Under the pieces are notes generated by a model. It did no database searches. It was not told where the DNA came from and saw nothing but the letters and a program-made list of their open reading frames with translations. From the NCBI GenBank assembly GCA_964016885.1, contig OZ024742.1, positions 207,452,001-207,516,000 of the forward strand: a DNA stretch of 64,000 nucleotides. The letters run 5' to 3'. The DNA is from Eledone cirrhosa (Eukaryota). A program made the translations under genes and the position numbers. Numbering within the stretch: the stretch's first letter is position 1; every line of letters begins with the position of its first letter. Below, in pieces: positions 26,432 to 35,680 of the stretch.

Positions 26432-27303
26432 GAGGTGTGTCAGAAAAGTTCCAGTCTGATGCTACAAAAGATTTATTTCAAACACAAACTTCCCACTAAG
26501 AGTTTTCTCCTTCAAAGTAATCCCCTGGAGTATAATGCACTTTTCCATCCTTTTCTGCCACGCTTTAATGCACTCCTGGAAGGATCCTCCGCAGTTCCAT
26601 CGTCACGGCCTTTTTGATGTCGTCCACGTCTTCAAAACGGGTCCCCTCCGGGTCGTACTCGAATATCCATGACCTATCACCGGTGATGACTGTCCCTAGC
26701 AAGTCTGGTTCGGTTTCAAGACGCTCGAGGATGTCCTGGCACACTTGTATGCGTCGACCCATCTGGTCAGCGTTCAGCAGTTTTGGCACCATCTTCAGGC
26801 AGACTTTCCGCACGTCCAAATCTTCAGTGAGAATCTTCCAGACGCTGTCCCGATTCATGCCCAACTCATTTGCCATCAGTCGAACAGTCAGCCGACGATC
26901 GCTACGCAACATCTGCCTGACGCGCTCAACGTTGACCTCAGTCCTGGTTGTTGAGGGCCTTCCAGTCCTGGGATCATCTTGCATCACTCAAAAACACGTG
27001 AGCGTGACATCGTCTCATCTCCATACACTTGCTGCAGCAATCCCAGTGTTTCTGACGGAGTTTTCCCCAACCGTACCAGAAACTTCAAGTTTGTTCGTTG
27101 CTCTGTGCTCATTGCTTGACGACCTGAAATAGAGGACATGTATATAAAATTATGGAGAAAATAGTTTGATCGCTGCAGAGAGCTAAGATTACAGTTACAT
27201 ACTCCAGGGGGATTACTTTGAAGGAGAAAACTGTTAGTGTGAAGTTTGGGTTTGAAATAAATCTTTGGTGACATCAGTCCTGGAACTTTTCTGACACACC
27301 TCG
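26431..27303 (-). mobile_element. Internally deleted mariner element with about 100-bp TIRs, TA-flanked
   Basis: TIR cgaggtgtgtcagaaaagttccag...cctggagtat at both ends. Transposase pieces EQRTNLKFLVRLGK, DDPRTGRP, MVPKLL and ITGDRSWIFEYDPE are fused to GTRFEDVDDIK, so the 2nd and 3rd catalytic Asp region is deleted. Confidence 0.92.
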
Positions 27304-28167
27304 TATATATATTGTGTGTCTGTGTGAGTTAGATAGTCAGACAGACACAATTCATCTATATGTTGTGCATGCACTGCTTTATTTCATGTGTTTCAAAATA
27401 ATTGTTTTGTTTTTTTCTGTTCGGTTATTATTACTTCAGAATTTCATTGTGAATTTTGTTGGAGAATTGAGCTTTCACACAGTGGCATAGTCTTTTCCTT
27501 AGAATGGAGGGGATAATGTTTGAACTCAATAAAATAACTATTTGCTTACAACATATGTTCTTTTAAATATAGAAATTACAAATGACAACGTGTAATGTTG
27601 TGAAAAAGGCAGATGATGATCTGAGAAAAACAGAAAGAATGGATTAGAATTCCCCTATCATGTTAAACAAAGACATCCTACCCCTATCGAATTCAAAGAG
27701 AACAAAAAGAAGATGTAAAGAGTAACTGGGCAGCCACCACCGATACCATCACATCTAACAGTGCTAGCCGCAATGAAAACAAGTATTGTCAACAATATCA
27801 ACAAAAGCAGCATATTTACTATCACCCGTGACACACCTGTTCGATCGAGATAACTGTGTTGCTCATAGGATGTAACGAAGCCGGAACTGACAAGCAGAAA
27901 AAAAGGAGAATTTCCGCTCAACGTCTCCGTTAAACGATTTGAATTTCGTTGGGACTTATAAGCGCTTAGTTAACGCATAAAACCCTCATAGCTATTTAAA
28001 GTTTTTTAAGTTCATATCTTTTTCAGTAGAACACTCTAGAATATTTTCATTTCCTCATTAAAACGTTCTGTGAATAAATGTTACGATTATGCAAATAAAA
28101 ATGTACCACATGAGATTCATGTCTATCAAGTTACTATCCGTACTCATTCGTACAAATACACACCCCA

Positions 28168-28470
28168 GTGTATATGTGTTTGTCTTTATGTATGACTATA
28201 TGTATGTATTTATATATTTATGTATGTGTGTATGCGTGTATGTATGTACGTATGTATATATGTATATATGTATGTAGGTATGTACTTATGCATGTATACA
28301 TGTATGTATATATGCACGTAATACCTATGTATGTATGTACGTACGTATGTATATTTGTATGTATGTATGTATGTATGTACGTATGTATTATTGCATGTTT
28401 GAACGTACGTACGTATGTATGTATGTATGTACGTACCCATGTATGTATGTATGTATGTATCTATATATTA
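28168..28470. repeat. (TATG)n degenerate tetranucleotide microsatellite
   Basis: Direct reading. Confidence 0.85.
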
Positions 28471-28679
28471 TGTACGAAAGAAAGAGAGAAGCGATGTGTA
28501 TGTGAACATGAGAAAAAGAATGGGAAGAATGGAAGAGAAATACGGATGAATGTGAATGAGACACACCAAGATTTAGAAAGAAAACCTCATTCAAATAATC
28601 TGCTGGCTGACACAAACATGTACACAACTACACAAAGGCTTGCGCACTCACGCCTATACACACGCGTGTAGGCTCATGC

Positions 28680-29075
28680 ACACACACTTATGCAGACTGA
28701 ACTGCGCACACGCATGCGCACTCACACTCACATACGCATGCATGCACGCACACACACGTATGCATACACGTGCACACGCACACACGTACACGCTCATGCG
28801 CACACACTCGTGCTAACTGAATTGCACAGACGCATGCGCACTTACACTCACACACATTCATGAACACATACATATATGCACACACACGTGTACACGTACA
28901 CATGAACACGCTTTTGCACACACACTCATGCAGACTGAACTGCACACACGCACACACTCACCTGCATGCGCACACATCCGCATGCACAAAAACACACGCA
29001 TGCGCAAGATACGTGCAGGCAGAACTGTATACACGCGTGCGCAGAGAACTGCATACACGTATGTACATGCACATG
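28680..29075. repeat. CA-derived minisatellite, period about 120 bp
   Basis: tgcagactgaactgc(g/a)cacacgca recurs at 28691, 28811 and 28929. Confidence 0.65.
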
Positions 29076-29488
29076 TAGTGGTGGAGGTAGATAAATATTG
29101 ATTAAAGGAAGATATATATGTGTGGGAGATTGAACGAAATGAGTGTAGGTGAATTGAGGGTGACATAAAGAGAGAATTAAAGAGAAAGAGAGTGAGAATG
29201 AGAGAGAGAGAAACAGAGCTGTTGAGAAAGGTGTAGATAGCGGGAGGAAGAGGAAGGCTGTGTTGATCTGTGAGAGAGCGATTTCCACTGAAAGATAGAC
29301 AAGAAAGGTGAGATAAAGGACTAGAGAGAGGGTGAGAAAAAAGAAGATAGCGTTTATCTGTGAGAGAGCAACTCCCAGTGAAAGAGAGATTGGAAAAGTG
29401 AGACGAAAGTAAGTGAGAGAATGAGGTAGAGAGAGAGAGAGAAAGAAAGAGAGAGATAGAGAGGGAGGGAGAGAAAGAGTGAGCGAGT

Positions 29489-29533
<45 letters not shown>

Positions 29534-30091
29534 GTCGTCAGTGCAGGAAATTGGAGACCGTTGGCGTAAAAGGAAAGAAATGTCACAGAGGTAGCGTTGT
29601 TTCCTACATCAAACAGTAGAATATGAATAGCATTAACAAGTGTCAGTGCATCTACAGTAACAGCAATAGTAATTGTAACAGAAGGAGCAGCAACAGCAGC
29701 AGCAATAGTAGCTGCAGCAGCAAGAGCCATGGTGTTAGGAACACGTGTAACAAAACACATCAACGACTACTACTAATAACTACTACTACAACAACAACTA
29801 GTACTACTACTACTACTAATACTACTAATAATAATAATGATTTCATTTATTGGCCACAAGGGCCGACATATAGGGGACAACACAATAGACAGGGACAGTG
29901 GGGGTTTACATAGAGATCGAGTAAGTATAAATAACAAAAAAACAAAATAACAATAAAAATACAACAATGAAAGTTCCCCAATAAGAGGGATCACCACCCA
30001 GGGTTGACTCAAGCACCCCACCAGTCCTGAGCCACCCGACGCTCCTAGGGCACCCGGGAAGGGCACCCCTCTCCTTCTCGAATTCACCAGC

Positions 30092-33000
30092 CTACAGGCG
30101 CATGATCAGAGTAGGCCCACTCACGCGGGCCATTCTCGCCACATTCACCCACCTTTCAGTAAATGTACTGGGGGACAGCACTTCTCTCTCCACCCTCACC
30201 TTCCTTTCCAAGTGAAACTTGAAGAAGTTGATGAGGGATTGGCCGAAGAGAAAAGTGTCTGTCTTCAGTCCTTTCAACCTGGTCCACCATGCAACCTCTT
30301 TCGCTACTGCCACCAGGCAGAGGAAAATTGCCTGCCCTTCCTGACCAAAAGAAGGCGGCGGGTCAATCTTCACTATGGACTCGGACGATAGCCGGATCCG
30401 TTCTACACGCGACAATAGCTGTTCGACATAACCCCACAAGTCAGCAATGCACGGACACTGGACGAGCGCGTGCAGAACGGTTTCGTCGCTCTGCGCGCAT
30501 CTCGGGCAGGTTCGTCTGACAGCACTTCCGTGCCTGTAGAGTTTATCCCGAACCGGCAGCGCCCCCCGGTAGCACTGCCAAGCGAGGGATTTCTGGAAGT
30601 TATCCATCGTCCCCGGCTCGAAAGTCCTCCGGAACATACTGGTCAGTTCTACTTCGTTGACGCCTAGAACCTCTCCTAGTACGTCATCGTACTTGCCCTC
30701 CACTAATCCTCTATAGAAATCTTGAGTGGAAGTTCCACTGACCGCATTGCCCACCTTGCAGAGTGCAGTGAGCGCCTGGCAACATTCCAGATGCCAGTCG
30801 CCCAGTCTCGGTCTCTTCTTGACCCAGGACTGCAGCTCAGTCAAAGAGATGAGCTGCGGAAAGGCCCGTCTAACAAACGGCGACCACACCTGTTCACCGT
30901 TTAGGCAAAATATCTGGAGATGTCGCAGCCTCAGCGCATGTCTGCGCATCATTAGCCACGGCATGCCCAGCCCTCCACGAAGAGGGTGCTGGCAGCAGAT
31001 GGACCGCCTCACCAACGGGACCCGTCCCCTCCACAAAAATTTGAAAAGGAGCCGTTCCAAATTGGCGAGGCGTGGACGGGGGCAAGGCACGACGGTCAGG
31101 CGGTAGTAGATGACGGACGCGATGTACGCGTTCGCCACCTCCGCCCGCCCTTTCAGTGATAGCTTTCTCTCAGCCCATTTCTGGGTGAGGTTGGCTATCC
31201 TGCTCGTCACCTCGTCCCAATTCTTATCCACCTGGAGGTCTGGTCCGAACCAAACCGCGAGCAACTTTACCGGTCCGTCTGTCCAGCGCCCAACGACGCT
31301 GTTGGACGGCATGGACTTGCCTCTCCAGGTGCCGAGCTGCAAGCCCACCGACTTTTCCGGGTTAAGTTTTGCTCCCGTCAACCTTTCATATTCCTCCAAA
31401 TGGGTGCGGATCACCTCGATTTCCGAGGTGTCCGACACTATCACGGTGATGTCGTCCGCATAAGCGGACGCAGCCTTTCTGCGTCCCGGTTCGAGCGGGA
31501 TGCCCTGCAACAACTCCAGCTTCCGCAGTAGAGGCTCAAGAGTCAATACGTACAGAAGTGAGGAGAGAGGGCACCCTTGACGGACCGATCGAGAGATCTG
31601 AAACGGTTCCGAGAGGTGGCCATTAACTTTGACCACCGAGCAGATGCCGCTGTACATTGCAGCGATCCAGCTTCTGAAGACGGGGCCGAAGCCAGCCGCC
31701 TCGAGGACAGCCTCCAAGTACCGATGGTCGACCCTATCGAATGCTTTCGATTGATCTAAATTGATCAGAGCCCCACCGAAGCCAGGTTTGCACCCAACCC
31801 TCTCTATGATGTATCGCATGAGGTGGAGGTTGTCGTGTATGGACCTGGTCGGGATTGCGCAAGTTTGCGCCTCCCCAACCAAATCTTTGACGACAAGCGC
31901 CAACCTTTTCGCTAACACCTTGGCCAAAATCTTAAACTCTGAGTTGAGCAGGGTTATGGGCCTGAAATTATCTAGTGTGTCCCTCTTGTTCTCGTCTTTC
32001 CTTATCAGCGTCACTACGCCACGGCTCACAGAACTGGGAATGCTCCCGTTCTGCTGCCAGTTGCAGTAGAGCGCTTCGAGGAGATCGGAGAACAAGTCTG
32101 GCATATTTACGTAAAGCTCGTAGGGCAGACCATCCAAACCGGGTGACTTGCGACTCGAGCAGCCGACAAGGGCGTCCTGAATTTCGACTGATGTTATCGG
32201 CTCTTCGCAGCGCTCAGCGTCGGCCGTCGAGAGGCGTGGCAAGCCGTCGAGGTAGGGACTGAAGTCCGCCGCCGTCTCCGACTCACCCATCCTCCCGAAC
32301 AATCGAGCAAAGTGCTGGCGAAAGGCCTCACACATCTGCTTGGAATCGCTCAGTTCGTGTCCATCTCGATCCGTCAAAGACCGAATTGTGGTTTTATTTC
32401 CACGCTGCGTCTCTGCAAAGCGAGCCCATCGGGCAGCTTTGGTTCCCTCGTTCCTCAGAGCACGCGCCTTAGCTCTGACAATGCAACCTTCGTGTTTCGC
32501 ATTGAAGAAATGGTCTAGTGCCATTCTCGCCGCTAGCACGTCTGTTGCAATGCCACTACAAATAGCCTCGTCTAACTTAGCTATCAGCCCCTCCTCCTTT
32601 CTATTTTTCTCTATTGCTACTTCTTTGCTAAATCCTATCGAGGTTGCTCTAATCTCTCTTTTGAGTGCCCCCCACCACCTGTTGTTGACAACCCCCCCTG
32701 TCAACTTTTGCTTAACTAAGTTGTTGACCCGGTCCCTGTAAGCTTTACGTGCCGGAAACGACATGTTTAGCTTCCAGTAGCTAGGTCCTAACCTACGTGT
32801 CTTATCTAGGTCGACCATACAGATCACAAGCTTGTGATCTGAATAGGCAACCGTTTTAAAATGTGGACATCCTACACTATTTCTATCTCTTTTCCTAATG
32901 AAAATCCTATCTATGTACGATCTAGATGACCCTATGCGATTGGTCCAGGTCCATACTGGCGCATTAGGGAAATCTAGTCGGTACCTGTCAGACAGTTGAA

Positions 33001-33511
33001 ACTGGCTGATCAGGTACTTGAGGCTTTTGCACCCCCCGCTCCTATCAGATACTCCCACACAATCCCAGCGTGCTTCTAAGATGCCATTCCAATTCCCTAT
33101 TAACAGTAAAGGACGAGACGTAAGCAGAAAGTTTTCCAGGCGCCTAAAGAAGTCCGGCCGACCGGCCCCAGTAGGGGCGTAGACGGCCACCAGTCTAAAG
33201 GCACCACCTTCGCTATTGCTCACGTCCAGGACCACCAACTTTCCGTCAGGATCCCGGAAGATTGACCTTACCTCGAGATCCAGACATTTCCTAAACAGCA
33301 CAGCCAATCCACCTCCCATTCCCAGCCGACTAACAGATGCAAAGATCTGATAATCGTCGAAAATCGGCGCCAGTGCGCGTGTGTCGGAAATTCTGGTCTC
33401 GCTGATGGCAATTACATCCATTCCTAGTGACCTGAGGTCGTTGAGCAAGTGACCTTGCTTCCAGGGCGACCCCAGGCCACGAACATTTAAACTTCCTACT
33501 CTTATGGCCAT
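30092..33511 (-). CDS. ORF2p: AP-endonuclease + reverse transcriptase + C-terminal zinc finger (1139 aa)
   Basis: SLNVRGL, ISETR, VYAP, IGNWNG, SYIDRIF and SDHK (APE); KSPGLDGL, NFRPITLLN, LDQSKAFDRVDH, RQGCPLS and YADD (RT); CPRCAQSDETVLHALVQC. No stops. Confidence 0.95.
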   Translation of the reverse strand: MAIRVGSLNVRGLGSPWKQGHLLNDLRSLGMDVIAISETRISDTRALAPIFDDYQIFASVSRLGMGGGLAVLFRKCLDLEVRSIFRDPDGKLVVLDVSNSEGGAFRLVAVYAPTGAGRPDFFRRLENFLLTSRPLLLIGNWNGILEARWDCVGVSDRSGGCKSLKYLISQFQLSDRYRLDFPNAPVWTWTNRIGSSRSYIDRIFIRKRDRNSVGCPHFKTVAYSDHKLVICMVDLDKTRRLGPSYWKLNMSFPARKAYRDRVNNLVKQKLTGGVVNNRWWGALKREIRATSIGFSKEVAIEKNRKEEGLIAKLDEAICSGIATDVLAARMALDHFFNAKHEGCIVRAKARALRNEGTKAARWARFAETQRGNKTTIRSLTDRDGHELSDSKQMCEAFRQHFARLFGRMGESETAADFSPYLDGLPRLSTADAERCEEPITSVEIQDALVGCSSRKSPGLDGLPYELYVNMPDLFSDLLEALYCNWQQNGSIPSSVSRGVVTLIRKDENKRDTLDNFRPITLLNSEFKILAKVLAKRLALVVKDLVGEAQTCAIPTRSIHDNLHLMRYIIERVGCKPGFGGALINLDQSKAFDRVDHRYLEAVLEAAGFGPVFRSWIAAMYSGICSVVKVNGHLSEPFQISRSVRQGCPLSSLLYVLTLEPLLRKLELLQGIPLEPGRRKAASAYADDITVIVSDTSEIEVIRTHLEEYERLTGAKLNPEKSVGLQLGTWRGKSMPSNSVVGRWTDGPVKLLAVWFGPDLQVDKNWDEVTSRIANLTQKWAERKLSLKGRAEVANAYIASVIYYRLTVVPCPRPRLANLERLLFKFLWRGRVPLVRRSICCQHPLRGGLGMPWLMMRRHALRLRHLQIFCLNGEQVWSPFVRRAFPQLISLTELQSWVKKRPRLGDWHLECCQALTALCKVGNAVSGTSTQDFYRGLVEGKYDDVLGEVLGVNEVELTSMFRRTFEPGTMDNFQKSLAWQCYRGALPVRDKLYRHGSAVRRTCPRCAQSDETVLHALVQCPCIADLWGYVEQLLSRVERIRLSSESIVKIDPPPSFGQEGQAIFLCLVAVAKEVAWWTRLKGLKTDTFLFGQSLINFFKFHLERKVRVEREVLSPSTFTERWVNVARMARVSGPTLIMRL

Positions 33512-33540
33512 GCTGGCAGGATGAATGGGAGAGGAAAGGT

Positions 33541-35449
33541 TTACTTACCTTCCGGGGTCTTGTGAAGGTCGGGTGGTTCGACCTCCATGGTTTGTGGGGT
33601 TTCTTTTGGGAACCCCTTTAATAGTCTTGACGTGGGTTTTACGTTCGGGGTTCCCACATCCCGAGGAAAGCTCTTTCGAATTTCTTTGTATGAAGCGAGC
33701 GACATTCGCATCAGAAGCAAATTATCTGGTACGCGAAATGTGCTCGCTTCAAATGTTTCCCCGTCTTTTTCGATGTTTGTGCTTCGTGCTACATGGGCCA
33801 TCAATTCCTTGTTGGCCCTTCTGGCAAGCACGAAGTTTTTAATGTTTTGTTGCTCGGGTTTTATTTGTTCGTGTGATTGTGGTGGTGATAGCTTTGTTAG
33901 TGTTGTTTCTATTGTGTCTGCGTTTGTTGTGGGTGGGGTGTCTGTAGTTTCTGATGTTTGTGTGTCTATTTGTTCTTGTGTCTGTTTAGCTTGTTTGCGT
34001 TTGGGGGATTTTGGTGGTTGTGTTGGTGATGCTGTGGGGAAAATGTTTGTGTGGGTGGTGTGTGTATTTTTTTTTGTGGGGGTGTTTGTGCTTTGTGGAT
34101 TTCTTTTTTTTTTGTGTTTTGTTTTTTGTATTTTGGGGGACTTTGGTTTTCCCTCATCTTCACTGCTGGAGGATGAGGGGTCTGTGGCTGTGAGCGTGTT
34201 TGTGTCTGAGTGAGTGTTTATGTTCTTGTTCGTGTGTGTATTTTGGGGGGGGGGGAATGGGAGAGCTTTCCTCGTTTCCCCCCTGGGTGTGCAATTTTGG
34301 TGGTTCCATTGTTGACGGTGTTGCTGGTGGTCCTTGTCCCGGCGTCGCCAGCAGTGGAATCTTTCGACCCCTTGCGCTTTTCGGCAGTTGAGGGCAGAAG
34401 GCTCGCAAGTGTGTCGTTTCCCCACAAAGGAAACAATGCGGCCTTTTGCCCTCAGTCATTATATGCAACACCCTCCCGTTTTGGAGGCGGATGTGGTCCG
34501 GGATTGCTTTTACGTTTTCGGGTCTGATTTGGAGCAGTATCTCCAGATCAACCCCGGACCAGTCGTCCCTGGCAGTTCTCGTTGCCTCTACCGGGACTGT
34601 ATCCGTTCCTTCCACGATTACGCAACCCAGGAGCCACCACATATCAAGTCCTGGTGGAATCCTGGGAATGCGCACACGTGCTATTCGTTTTCCCATGTGG
34701 GAGGGGTACATTATGACCTTGCTGGTTTTGCAAGGGGTCATTGAATGCTTCACAGCGAGGGCTTCAGACTTGAACAGCACCGAAACGGTGCCGTATTGCC
34801 TGCCCCTCTCTATGAAGTCTGTGTCCTCTCTGATGTATTTCAGTGCGGCTTCTATATCAGCTTGGGCGATTATCGCTGCCCTCTTTGTCTCTACTGAGAT
34901 GCATCTGAAATGCACCGTTCTTTTTTCCACTGCCTCAATGGCTTCTGCCGGGACAGTTAAGTTTGCCCAGGTCTGCTCTTGATTTATGATTTTCCAGGCC
35001 TGGGCCAACTTTTCCTCTCTGTTGGTTAAGTCGATGCTGTAGCATGGTCTCCTTTTAGCCGCTGCCACAGCAGCGAAGGTGTTCTTGTTGGTGTTGTCAC
35101 TGTTGTTGTTCTTGTTGGTGTTGCTGCTGCTATTGCTGTTGTTGTTCTCCCCTGTGTCGTGGTTACCCTCTGTGCTGTTGGCCTTGTTGGTGCTGTTGCT
35201 GTCGCTACTATTACTCTCTGTGCTGTTCGTTTTGTTGGTGCTCTCGCTATTACCACCTTCTGCGCTGTTCGGCTTGTTGGTGTTGGTGTTGTCGCTGTTA
35301 CCACCTTCCGCGCCGCTCGGCCCGTTGGTGCTGGCACTGTCGCTGCTCACATTCGTGCTGGTGGCGCTCCCCGCCTCACCTCTCCTCTCAACGCTCAAGT
35401 CGCCGTTGCACGACAGCAGACCCGCCTCTAGGGGGCGTGGCTCCGCCAT
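33541..35449 (-). CDS. ORF1p (gag-like RNA-binding protein with CCHC knuckle), frame-split near 34245-34300
   Basis: ORF 34160-35449 has an Asn/Ser/Thr-rich N-terminus, TFAAVAA and CFLCGETTHLRAFC. It continues in another frame as the Lys/Thr/Pro-rich 33541-34425 ORF, which stops 29 nt before ORF2. A G11 homopolymer lies at 34245-34255. Confidence 0.85.
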
Positions 35450-35680
35450 GTTTTTTTGAGAAAAAAATTATTATTTTTTCCAAAATAAAGTTCAAATATT
35501 TGGGCCAAAAGGCCCAAATATTATGAGTTATTCCTTCACAGGATACAAATGAATGTCTTATAATGCTTCAGCGGTACAAAAAATAAACAATTCTCTACAA
35601 TTAATCCTCAAAAAATTGCTTACTCACGGAGCTTCAGAAAACGTACATCCACTTTCGTCAATAATAATAATAATAATAAT

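Larger units (their letters stand above)
29839..35659 (-). mobile_element. Full-length Tx1/L1-clade LINE copy C (5821 bp) between (AAT)n tracts
   Basis: 5'UTR 35450-35659, ORF1, 29-nt spacer, intact ORF2, and a 3'UTR ending AATAAATGAAATC(ATT)n. AAT repeats on both sides. Confidence 0.96.

Noticed and set aside
30289-32741. Plus-strand ORFs antisense to LINE ORF2
   Set aside because: Shadow ORFs of a GC-rich coding strand.
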